DNA of 63,926 nucleotides, filler included, from Intoshia linei (GCA_001642005.1; 7 parts of 7 records of this genome joined end to end with filler, not necessarily neighbours in it); one strand, 5' to 3'; positions 49,813 to 62,069 are shown, counted from the first letter of the whole stretch. A program made the numbers and translations. The notes: a model not told the origin generated them from the sequence alone.

Positions 49813-52800
49813 ATGGAATTTAAATACATTGTGTATCTATCAACAGGTACAATAATATGTTTAATTGGATTTTTCGGCAATATGATGGCAACTATAATAC
49901 TATTAAAAAAAGTATTCCGAAAACAATCAACATATATATTTTTATTAGTCTTATCAATAATTGACAACTTTGTGTTGTTATTTGGATTAGTTCCAAAACT
50001 ACTAAACATAATAAATATGGACCCAACACAATTAAGTAACGTATCTTGTAAATTATTTACCTTTATGGGATTTTTCGTCAGCGATTTAAGTGTGTGGTTA
50101 ATTGTAAGCGTAACAACTGAACGAATGATTGTTTGCATGAAGCCTTTAAGTGCTAGTCGAATTTGCACTATACGTAAAGCTGCAATAACAATAATGGTAC
50201 TTACATTATTTTGCCTTTCAATCAATGCAATTATAATACAAAGTGTAGAGTTGATTCCAATAAATGATTATACGTTATTTGAAAGTAACATCATGCACAA
50301 CGATTCTACAATATTGAAAAATTTTACATTATTGAAATACAACAAAAATGTGAAAATTGTTAATTACATTTGTTATGGAACGAAAAATCGTTTATATTTA
50401 GTTGAAACACTTTGGCCATGGATTGATCTATGCAAATATTCAATTATTCCTTCAATTATTGTAATTTGCCTAAATATCAAAATTATACACAATCTTATGT
50501 ATAATAACAAAAATATTTTAAAATTAAAAATTACTGGTATGATTGTAAAAAATAAAAACATTATGGAACAAACAGGTGATGCAAATGTATATAAAGATAA
50601 TCCAGATGACAAGGACTCAAAAAAAACACAAAATGTTAATTTGATGGGAAAGAAATGTAGAGAAAGTAGTTTCCACACAATATCAAAAATTGGTAAACGG
50701 ATTGGTCAAACCACGAAACGTCATAAACACACCAATAAGAATGTGGTTAGTATTCGAAATAGAAGGCTTACTGTCATGTTGGTATCATTGTCAATCATTT
50801 TTATCGGAACTACCACACCTCTTACTATATATTTAATTGTTATAAATATGCTATCTAATGAATATCTCGATACAATAAAAAATAATTTATTCTTAGTACA
50901 GGTAAATTATTTATAATTATAATTTATTATGCATGGATTATTTGTAATACATATTTGTAATTGAAATTGTCACATTTTACAATAATTTAAAGGGATTTAA
51001 TGTTATTAAAATGGTGTAGAGGTATGAAACGACTGTTAATGTCATTTTGTCGAATCATACATCTAGTTATAAACTAACAACCGTAATTTATACGAATGTA
51101 TCCCAACTTTTGGACTCTTGACACCGATTAGAATGTGAAACTTATATTAACAACAGTGCTAAGGTGTAGGCCTACACTGTAGGGCAATATGATGCGATAT
51201 TATCGTCATGGGCTTACTATTATAAGTTAATAGGTGCTTTTGGAAATATTTTTGTTATGATGGCCGTATATTTTTGCACCAGCACGTTAACAGTGTTAAA
51301 TGTTATTTAAAAAAGTTAAACAATGGATGGAGAAACCAACATTGTCTGTCATTTATACATAGAAGCCTACACACTTCATCTCACTTGGTTCCACTGTTGA
51401 CGCTCCACGGTCCTGATTCAACACTGTATTTAACGATTGGTAAAACCTTCAAAACCTTGAATAAACGTACATATCGGAGTAGTAATTTAACAAAATTTAG
51501 ACACCTTGAATTTTCAAGGGCGGTTTCAAATTGATTGACCAATAATAATTGGTTATAATAATAATAACCAATAATAAATTATAATTGGTCGAAAACGTTA
51601 TTTGTATTTATTTATTAATTCCATATGGAAAATTACGAAATTGGTTTAAACATATTGAAACTGGTTGAATAACCTTATATAATGAAAATCTGTATTGATT
51701 AATTATTTAATTAAACATTTGATTTATTTGTATTTAATTTGATCCATATTATTGAGTTTACCTAATAAACTGCGCTAAACTAAAAAACATGTGTATAAAA
51801 ATAATGTCATTTAATTGGAAATTTTATTTTGATTTCTTTAAATTATCTACAAAATGGTTTAATTTTTATGCAGATCTATTTTTCAGTGTTGACTGGTGTT
51901 ATATATCTATTATATCTATGAGTGCATAAAAATATTTTTGGCTTAAAACTATCTTTCAATAATATAAAATTGATGATAAAACTTTTTTTTGGTTTCTTGG
52001 TTTTTTTGGTAAAATTAACTTTAGACGTAGCCCTGTTGGTATAAAACATTGCTTAGCCGGTAGCCCCTACCTGATATACATGTAAATTAGGGTGTCACAT
52101 TTTTTGATCATTTTTAGAATTTAAAAGATTGGGCAGGAAGGTTCGGTGTATTCTCAAAAAAAAAATAAATAACGATCACATGACGAACTCAGAGATTGGT
52201 TCCGTAACAACGTTGCATTAATTAGAAAAAATAGGTAAATGTTATTTTATTTTCGTATTTTTTTTTTTCACGCATTTCATATCCTTGATGAAGTAATCAG
52301 TGTGAAGGGTAAATTTGAGTTTAGCACAGTTGTATATTCTTGTAAATAACGATTGAAAACCATACATGGAAACATTTTTCCTCAACAGTTCGATTAAATC
52401 CCCATATATAGGATTTATCACAATATAATATATGAAACATCCATCTTGCCTTTGACACAGACCCGGTTTTCTTAGAGTCAATGATTTGTAATATTAAGAT
52501 GCAACACTCTTTATAATTATCTCGAAGACACTGCTTTCGACAAATGACCGATTTAGAGTAATCTATGTTTAAACCAAAAGATTCAATGCGAGTCAAATCA
52601 TAACAATCATTATATATCCCTAAATTTAAGGTAGATATTATTTACATTTTTCATAAAATTGTAACCGGGTACATCTGGTGTAAATGATTCCCGAACAATT
52701 CTATAAACACAGATTTCATTATCAGCTCAAAAATATGATGTCGACAGGGAAGTAAGATTAGATTTTGAGGAAACATTTTTAATTTACATTTAATTAAAAT

Positions 52801-53378
52801 GGGTGTAATTACTGACAAAAAAAATATTTTTTTCTATTTATTTTATTTACTTATTTTATTTGTACCATAGTACCATAGCACGACAGTACCATAAATACTT
52901 TCAAATGTCTACAAAAATTAGATCGATTACATGCATTACATTACATTACATACCGTACGGCTTTGTATTTTTTTAATTTCTAAAATTCGATCAAAAAGTT
53001 AACCTTCTTAAAGAGTATTCTGTTTATATATATTAATATTACATTCATACATATCAAAATTCAATTAAATCATTCTCATTTATTTTGATAACGAATACGA
53101 TTATTCCCTATCGTTAGGGAAATTTTTACGCTATAAAAAAGATTTGACACCCTAATGTACAATGTACATTTGGTACATTGTACATGTGTAATAATATTAA
53201 TTCAAATTTGTAAACTTTAACGTATACTTAATCTTAACTTAAATAATCTTTTTAATTTTAGTCTGTTTGCATTCTTCTCATGTATGCTAATCATTCAATC
53301 AATTTTTACTTATACTGTGCCACTGGAAAAAAATTTAGACATCAATTCAAACGTTTTTTTCATTGTTTAAAAAAATAA
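49813..53378 (+). CDS. Rhodopsin-family GPCR, peptide-receptor-like
   Basis: Exon 49813-50901 holds TM1-6 (IGFFGN, LSIIDN, CK, ERM at the DRY position, IIP, TTP). Exon 53262-53378 holds TM7 and helix 8 (YANHSINFYLYCATGKKFR). The intron is phase-0 GT-AG. A further 5' exon is possible. Confidence 0.92.
52088..53154 (-). mobile_element. hAT-derived element in the GPCR intron
   Basis: TIRs TAGGGTGTCA / TGACACCCTA. The flanks ATGTAAAT and ATGTACAA match at 6 of 8 positions, consistent with a TSD. Broken ORFs lie inside. Confidence 0.75.
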
Positions 53379-55126
53379 ATTTTATATTTAGCTTAATGCG
53401 TATTGACCAAGTCAGAAATTGTCAATATTTTTCACGTGTGGAATTTACCTTTGAAATTTATTTCATTTGTTGAACCTCTCCGTAAAAGCAAATTAAATTT
53501 ATATAAAATTAAATTCAGAAATAATTTTTCACTGTGCGCATTTAGACATTTAGCGCACCGATAAGACACTGAAATACACATTACTAAATAGCTGACTTGA
53601 TATGTACTTTACTGTTTTAATACTGGAGATTGTCTTGTGGACAATGATGCAACAAGTGTTATAATTTTTGATTAATAATAAAATTTAGAAGAATTTTTCG
53701 AAATACACCAATTTTCTTTCTATTAATTTAATTTGCAGAATTAATTATATGTCCAATTTTCTTAAAATTTTAATTAAATTAAAAACATTTTAATACATTG
53801 TTTCTGAATGAATGCATTAATTTGAATCAGGGATTCCCAACCTTTTTTGAACCTAGATTAAATAATTTTAATTTTTTCAAGATTATCACCCCTCCAAAAA
53901 ATATTTATAGTCTTCCAAATACTTAAGAAAATTATATCAAGTTTGAAAATAAGTTTATTCTCAATATAAATTTAGGAATATTAAAAAATCGCCCATAATT
54001 GACGATATCACAGTATTATCACTTTGAATTTATCAATATCACATCGGTTGTAATTTGTTATCATATTGAAAGTGAAATGGTATAGTACAATTGCATTTTT
54101 AGTGTTTGATGATAACGAAAATGTAAACTTTTGTTAACCGATTTCTAAATAAAATCAATCAGATTGCGAATCGTTTTTGTTTTTAGATAGATATATTAAT
54201 TTGTATAGAATGAATCAATGCATTTCCTACATTAAAAATCTATTAATTTGCAACTTTGATGTAAAATGTCAATAAATGACATCAAATAGCGTAGCATAAC
54301 AAAGCTGTACTAAATCTGAGTTAATTAAATTGACCAAGTGATTTATTAATTAATAAATTATTGTGATTAATTTAGTATAAATCTTTTTCAACATAAAATT
54401 TAGAATTGCATACACTAGACACGTTCGTGGATAGAATCTTGAATCTTATTCATTTAACCATTTTGAAATTTTCACTAAATGAAAAAGAGTAAATGATTAA
54501 ATATTCGGTTTAAGTCATGTAAGACCAACGAAACCTCAAAATATTAAATCAAAAAAACCATTTTGGCATTTTCAAAATAAGTTATTTTCACCCTTAAAAT
54601 CTTAAGGTGATGATATTTAGTTACTTGTATTATATTTATATTTAAAATTTATATAATGCAATTAATTTTTAATTTAATAGTTAATAATACATCTTGCTAA
54701 ATGCTTTTAAATATATTAATTTATGATTCATTGGAGTACGCCCATAATTCAATTAGACGCATTGTTAATCATTGCTCAAATAGAAAATATATTTAAACAA
54801 TACTGACATTTTAAATACTACATACTATGAAAATAATATAATAAAAATAATGTAGGTGGAGTAAAGTAAACAAATAGTAAAAATTCAAATATATAATTTA
54901 TTTTTAGTATAATTTAACACTTAACGCATCAAAATTAATAAATTTTTGTAATTCAATAATTTCCAATTAAAAATACACCATTATCAAACATAAAATCTTT
55001 AAAATTTACTAAAAAATGTATACAAAAAAATCAATTTTAACATTCATGATTTACGCCACTGTTATCTCTGCTTCGTCGACAATATTAGGTAATTTTATAT
55101 TATTATTAGGAAATTAGTATTAATAA

Positions 55127-55555
55127 ATGCATTTAGAAAATATTCAGAGAAATGATTTTATTCTAACATACCCAAAACAACATAAAAGATGTATATGGCA
55201 AAAATGCAAAGCAACTGAAAAATCTACAAAAAAAGTATTAATGAAAGCAAAAGACGATGATAATTGTGGATTAGAGCAAGAACTATTAAACATTGAAAAA
55301 TTATACACAAATTTAAACATTATTAGTCCGAAAAAAATACGAATAAATAAATGCACTGGAAAATGTTCAATAAATGATGTTCAATCGTTTACAAATCATG
55401 CATTATCAATACTATTAAATACAGACTCTATTCGACCATTACCTCACTGCGTTCCCACACAATATGAACCAATTACCATTTTCTATCTCGACAAAGGAGA
55501 AATTTTGAAAAAAATTATTTCAAACATGATTGCTGTAAAATGTGGTTGTAGATAA
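55127..55555 (+). CDS. Divergent TGF-beta family ligand (mature domain intact, prodomain unresolved)
   Basis: Cystine-knot pattern C...IISPKK....CTGKC...NHA...HCVPTQYEPITIFY...ISNMIAVKCGCR*, with a dibasic KR site upstream. Confidence 0.88.
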   Translation: MHLENIQRNDFILTYPKQHKRCIWQKCKATEKSTKKVLMKAKDDDNCGLEQELLNIEKLYTNLNIISPKKIRINKCTGKCSINDVQSFTNHALSILLNTDSIRPLPHCVPTQYEPITIFYLDKGEILKKIISNMIAVKCGCR

Positions 55556-56360
55556 TAAACTAACATATATTAGTATTAATTAATATTCCCAATAAAAAAG
55601 TCATAATTCAGTTTTATCTATTACAGTGTAATTAGGTTCGCAAAAAAATAAATTGACAATGATTATTTTCTGTTCTGTATTAAATTCTGTTTATGCCTTT
55701 AAAAATATTAAAAAAATTTAAAAATACAGTATTTCGATTAAACAAAATAGTATCAAATAAGATAATTTAAGTGTCATAATATAATGAGTATCAGTTGACT
55801 ATTAAAAAACAATAGATTGTAAAAATCAATCCTCGTTTAGATCATTAATTAATGTTACCATGAGTAGAATATAAAATTTTATAAATATTGAAAAATAAGG
55901 TGACAGATCTCACAAATATACAATACAATTGTAGTTTAATTAATAAAATCAACTCGATTAGTTATTTTGAATATTATAAATAACAAATCGAAAAATGGCT
56001 TATTAAAAATTAAATTTATCAGGTTCATTTTAAGAAATGATACCCAAATTCAACTGTGATTTGATGTACCTCTGAGATTTTCACATAAATTAAAAAAATA
56101 GTTCTTAGGATGCTCATCAAAATTTAGAATTCATCAAATTATTATTATTAAATTATTTATTAAATCTCTTTAAATGTAATGACTGTCTATTTAGAGCAAA
56201 ATTGGCTACTTCTTGAAATAGTTGATATTTATGTAATAAGTCTTTAAAGTTAATGTATTGATAAGAAAAAAAGTACAGCCTTCGTAAATTCAGCTAGTTT
56301 GTACGAACTGCGTAATTCTATTTTAATTATAAATCGAAATAATTTATTGAATACATTTTT

Positions 56361-57849
56361 CTACAAGTGAATAAGGGTATATTTGGATAAAAAGAGGTTT
56401 CCATGTTCCGGTGATAATATTTTAATAGCTTTGGTATATATTTTGTCGATAAAATTTGAATCAAAATGAGTATAATATTTTTTGGCAAATAGAACGTAGT
56501 CTATCCATACATCTAAATATATTTCTATATTTAATAGAATGTTGAAAAATAACATTTTGTAAAAAATTAGTTAGATTTGAAAATACATTTCACTATAAAT
56601 CCGTAAAGTTACCATTAACGTTTAGTTTACACGAGTATGGATACTATTTCCAACTCTATTCAAACAATTTACATATTACGAATCCGATATGAAAATATAT
56701 ACTCCCTTTGTTCCAAAATAATGTTTACATATTAACATGAATTTTTGTTCCAAAATAATGCTTACATTACCAAAACGTTTATATCATCATTAAAAAACAT
56801 TTATAAATACTATTGAAACTAATTTTAACATTCATTAAACAAAACATTTTATTTAACAATTTCGACTGATCGAAGTTGTTTTTAGAAGCACTTCTCCAAA
56901 GCTTTGAACTCTCAAAGACTCTCGACACATTGTATTTAGCGGAAATTTCATTTATAACTCCATGCTTCAGCTTAGGTGGATTTCTACTTAACATATTCAA
57001 CAGAAAGACTTGAAAAATCGCTCAACTTTCTTCATTAGACAAGTGGTACGTTGGACGTAATCTTTTCGTAGCCATTTTAGGTTTGTACCTGCAACAAAAA
57101 AATAATGACAGTCAAATAAGTAAGTATAAAATTGCAAATTAGCAGAAATTATTGTTAGTCGAGGCGTATTAGATCGTAATCTATCAAAGAAAATTAATAA
57201 AACTTGAAGTTCACCAAAAACAGTGATAATCAGAAAGGTTTATCCCAAATGTAAACATTATTTGGGAACAGAGGGAGTATTAAATTTTACCAACATCGCT
57301 TTGATAGTAAGAAATTAATTTTTCATATTCAGCTGAAGCAGAAATAAACTAAATTATAAAAAAAACTATATAGTTAATACTCACCTTTTCTGTCGATTCT
57401 AGGAAATTAATGTATTTAACAATAAGTAGTTTGCTAAAAGGAATGTTTACAAGCATTTTCATTTGTTCCAAAAGTGTACACGCTTCAATCTTATCAGACA
57501 TGTATATTAATTGATCAAAATACAGTTCCTTTAATAATTCAACGTTTTCATATTCCTTGATACGGATATCCTAAAAATAATAAATATTAATATGAAATTT
57601 ATTTAAAGTACCTTATAAATGTTCCAAAATTGTTTGAAATTATTTTCAGTAATAAAAAATGTAAAAATGTGATTAAACAATATCAAATTCTATAATATAT
57701 TTATTAAAATCTATTCAAGTAAATGTAAATGCCTGATTAATTTTTAAATTTGAAGTATAAAACTGATTAAGCAGATCAGTTACACAACTCTGAGAATTGA
57801 CATTTTGAATGGTCGCCAAACTTTCTTTCAATGTTATTTCATTATTTTT
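56361..57849 (-). CDS. UTP6: U3 snoRNA-associated protein 6 homologue, 3' exons
   Basis: In-frame exons 57849-57733, 57689-57612, 57570-57385, 57348-57291 and 56512-56361 end AEYEKLISYYQSDVDVWIDYVLF...IDKIYTKAIKILSPEHGNLFLSKY, a HAT-repeat C-terminus like UTP6 (DLWMDY...IYWRAMKML). The 5' exons were not located. Confidence 0.65.
56702..57277 (-). mobile_element. Stowaway-like Tc1/mariner deletion derivative in a UTP6 intron
   Basis: TIRs of about 29 bp, TA-CTCCCTTTGTTCCAAAATAATGTTTACAT ... ATGTAAACATTATTTGGGAACAGAGGGAG-TA. Internal remnant KLKHGVINEISAKYNVSR...KLWR is HTH-like. Confidence 0.85.
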
Positions 57850-57885
57850 CTAAAATAATGTAATAAATAATACTGATGAAAAACA

Positions 57886-58010
57886 TCCTTAGTTATATAA
57901 TATTCTTTGTGTGTTATTGTTTATTTCAATAACTACATTCTTAGAATTTTATAAAGTCCACATTTCTATTACAGTTTTTTCCGGGTGTAAAAGTAAAATA
58001 AATTTCAAAA
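57886..58010 (+). mobile_element. Helitron 5' fragment
   Basis: A|TCCTTAGTTATATAATATT...GAATTTTATAAAGTCCACATTTC...GTTTTTTCCGGG, as at 30572. Confidence 0.7.
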
Positions 58011-58302
58011 TTTTAAATTTTTTGCATAACGTTAGCTTTTTTTGATTTTATTTTACAAGTATTATGGACATAACAATAAACAAAAAAAATACAACAAATT
58101 TTATGGTAATAGTTACTTACCTAGCCCAATCCTTCCGGAATGATACAACGGAAATTTTTATGTAAAAATTTTCGGCAGTAAGTGAGCTACACGATTTAAC
58201 GCCGATTCATGCTCAAAAATTTTGTATCTCTCAATTTCTGGGAAAGTCAAGGCAAGAGTCAAGAAGCAACATTAAAAGAATTTTAAATATATATCTTGCA
58301 CA

Positions 58303-59521
58303 ATGGATACAAAACCAAAAACAAAAAATATTTCTCTTTTGATTTCAAGAATCGAATTGTCACAAAAGAATAATGAAAACAAAATTCGAAAATTTTACTC
58401 AGAAGTAGACAATGAAAATCTATCATTTCTCCTGGATAATCACAGCGTTTCTGATCGATCATATTTTTCCAAAATTAAAGAAATATTAGGTTTAAATAAA
58501 ACGTCATCAATATGGTGTAAGTATCGTCACGTTTATGGTTATACAATCAATCTAACGAAAGCAAGAGCAACAAACGCTAGAAAAGGTATATTCATAACAT
58601 ACGACGAAAACGATAATAATAACTTTTTCAAAAAAAAACCGTAAAAATAAAATCATTAAGGGAATTACAATGCCAGATCTAATTTCAGAGGTAGTCGGAG
58701 ATCCTTCATTAATTGAAACTACAATACTAAAGTATTGGTCATATGGTAGAGAACATCTTAATAGATGGAAATTTATAAATAATATTGGAAAAGTTGATAC
58801 AGTGATACAAGATATAATGGGTCGTAATGAAATTGGACATCATACATTAATTGATATTGTCTTTGGTCATTCAAAAGATGTCGAGGAAGTAGATATGTAT
58901 GTTCCAACAAGAGAAGATTTAGCATGGTTATGTAATGATAACCGCTTATTCACTAGAATGGCAGACTAAATATATTATAATTATTTACTTATAATATTAG
59001 AACTGATACAGTAAATCTTAATACATTCCTGAAGAAATTGTGTTTACATGCAAGACTATGGAACCGAGTATAAATAAGAAATTAAATGATATTAGAATTG
59101 ATGAAAAAATAGCTGAGAATATCGTTAAAGTGCATTGCGGAATTGATGAGTTAGAGAAGGAAATTATTAATTACTTAATTCAAAATAATAATTTTATATT
59201 CTTTAGGAAAATTAAATAGGACCAAAATAAAAACAATACTAACAAGTAAGTTTTATTAATTCATTAATTGTTTAAATTACATAATGTAAGTAAATTTTTT
59301 CTTTTTAACAAATATATTTATCAGTTATTTTTGATTAACTGTTTTAAAATATTAATTTCTTTTTATTTGGGGATTTTATTTAGGATTTATGAATTTTCAT
59401 GTACCATTTTGTTGAAAGACGTACCACAAGAACTTAATAGGATTATGTCACTTGGATTTGCAAAACAAAGTGCATATTCGTCGGGTGCACTACCTAGTCT
59501 TTATACTTTATACAAAATTGG
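58303..59521 (+). pseudogene. Frameshifted ORF cluster of unknown origin
   Basis: ORFs 58303-58644 and 58670-58969 fuse into about 221 aa if one A is removed from the A9 run at 58630-58638. Further protein-like segments lie at about 59023-59220 and 59385-59521, with splice-like signals between them. Confidence 0.5.
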
Positions 59522-60956
59522 NNNNNNNNNNNNNNNNNNNNNNNNNNNNNNNNNNNNNNNNNNNNTTAATTAATTAANNNNNNNNNNNNNNNNNNNNNNN
59601 NNNNNNNNNNNNNNNNNNNNNTCATAAAAGGAATAGACTTCACGATGAAACTAGTTTGGCTTGTGTAGCGTTAATAAATAAGTTATGAACCTCCTATTAA
59701 AAACTTGCAGCTCAATTTTTTAAATCTGAATAAATTTAAAAATTATTTTTTTAACTCATTTTCCATCAAGTTGTTCCACTTAATTGACGGTTTTGATTGA
59801 CCTAATATTTTTTTAATAAAAACACTATAAAAAAATTTCTGAAAATAGTATTATATTTAACACACCTAGTTTTAGTTGGCTGCCATCACTGTTCTATATT
59901 CTTTGGACAATGTTGTTTTGCATAATTGCTAAAATTATTAAATATTGCATAGATTCCATCCTTTCTTAATTCTTCCAATTCTTTATTTTCTGCCATATTG
60001 ATATTATCAATAACGTCATTAATTTGGTATTCAATAAAATTGACATGTTATAAATTTTTATATTTTTGGTCACTTTTCGAGTGTCTACTGTAGTCTTTAT
60101 ATTTGTGTTAATTTTAAGCCGAAAATTTTTATTCGTCATCATAGATAAGTAGTTTTGGCTTTAAATTTATCACCAAATAAACTAAAATTTATAGTAAGTA
60201 TTTTTTCTGGACACTTTAGATAAATATATAATATCACTCAACATGATGCGTATTTTAATTTGAATTGTAATTTAAATGACGAATTTGCATTGTACAATGA
60301 GACATACTATAAAATAACCAAATATTTGGGAGAGAATTTCCATCCTGTGAGAATATCTAACTTTTTTTTAAAAAATTTGAGGTTTAAGGTTTTTAACGAA
60401 TAATTAATTTTGTGGTGTTTTTTTGGAATAGTAATATTATTGATGGTTTTTAGGATTTAGTAAATTTCTATGCCTTTTTTAGAGAATAATTAATGTTTTT
60501 GGGGTATAGTTACTTATCTGATGGTTTTTAAGATTTTAGTTTTTTCTGTTTTTTAAGAACAGTAGCGTAGCGTGACTTTTGTCACAAGGTGTTCGGGAAT
60601 GGTTACTTGGTAACATAAGATTTTTAAATAAAGTTAAAATAAATACCGAAATATAAAGAAATGTTCATAAAAGGTCGCGAACACAGAAAATTTGAAAACC
60701 ACTTCTACAAAGTATGCTTGAAAGATAACTTGTATTTGATATAAATTTAATTTTTTTCATTCTTGTAAATAAAATTTTTGACCAATTAGAAATAGAAATG
60801 ACTATTTAAATTAAAGTCTAAATCTATATCTAAGTGTAAGTTGTTCATTTTATTTTNNNNNNNNNNNNNNNNNNNNNNNNNNNNNNNNNNNNNNNNNNNN
60901 TTAATTAATTAANNNNNNNNNNNNNNNNNNNNNNNNNNNNNNNNNNNNNNNNNNNN

Positions 60957-61590
60957 TAATATATTAAAAATTATTTTTCACCGGAAATGCGTAGATTTCT
61001 GGGGTTGAAAAATTAGGTATTTATATCAACTGGAATAAGCTTTATCAGAATAATTCTTTTTTTTTAATTTTCGGACTGTTAATTATTTCACATTTATTGT
61101 TTTAATAAAAAGATTCAAAAAAAAAATATATGAATACTAAAATGCTTTTTTGACCATGAAGTCATCACTTATTCGGATTAAAATTTTTTATGTGTGTTAA
61201 CATGATACAACTCTACCACCTGTAAATTTTTTGAAATTTTAGGGCTGTTTTCAAAAAAAAACGGGTAATTTGTGGTTTTGGCCTTGAAAATATAATTTTT
61301 TTAAATTTAAATTTATGATAATGTTTATGATTTTAAAATCCGCATCAGCGTATATATTTTTTTAAATTCTCCAACTCGTTTAATTTTCAAAAAAAGGGAC
61401 AACAGGGGTTTTTGACCCTTAAGATGTAAAATTGGTAGGTTGAAATTTATGTTATTATACGCCCCGGAAAAAACTGTAATTGAAATGTGGTTTTTAAAAA
61501 ATTCTAAGAGTGCTAGTTATTTTAAAAAAGTAACACACACAGACAGACAAACACACACAAAAATCGCGTCGCATTTTATATAAGTTAAAA
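60957..61590 (-). mobile_element. Non-autonomous Helitron copy at a contig edge
   Basis: Same body as 46410-47025, including the (CA)n/(GACA)n tract and the TTATATAAGTT end. Confidence 0.8.
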
Positions 61591-62069
61591 TAGTCTAACT
61601 ACTGGGACGATGATTATTTAATATTGTTGCAATTTCTATGCTAGAGTCTGTTGTCGAAAAAAAAGATTGTTTATAACTATATTATACATAAATATTGTGA
61701 TTACTAATATTGTCTCACTTGGAATCATTGCTCCGTTCATGATCTATTAATTTTCAATAAAGCCGTAAATATATGGTCTAAGTGTAAATTGATAGCATTT
61801 TCTAGAGCAACAAGTATATTTGTCATTTCGTTTACTTTGGTGGTATTATCAGTGTACAGATTAATGATTGTATTAAAATCAAACAATTAAAACATTAGAA
61901 AACGATTAAAAATTTCTCTATCAATGTTATTCATCTGGATTATAGCTTTTTTTATAAATATTCACACTTTTTTAGTATTCCAAGTTGACGTTTATCATGA
62001 TGTCGAATTTACAGTTTGTCATTACGGTGGACCGGAATCTGCAAAAAGGATTGACAGTGAAACCAATAA

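Noticed and set aside
49803-50678. Minus-strand ORFs over the GPCR
   Set aside because: Antisense shadows of transmembrane-coding sequence.
58303-58969. Programmed ribosomal frameshift at the A9 run
   Set aside because: Fusion needs a +1 shift in a homopolymer, with no evident stimulatory structure. Sequencing error or decay is simpler.
59622-60200. Minus-strand protein-like fragments as the missing UTP6 5' exons
   Set aside because: They contain stops and no recognisable UTP6 motif, so they could not be linked.
27250-61590. Repeats as a CRISPR array or prokaryotic defence system
   Set aside because: The copies are long, dispersed and in both orientations with Helitron ends. There is no repeat-spacer periodicity, no cas gene, and the DNA is eukaryotic.
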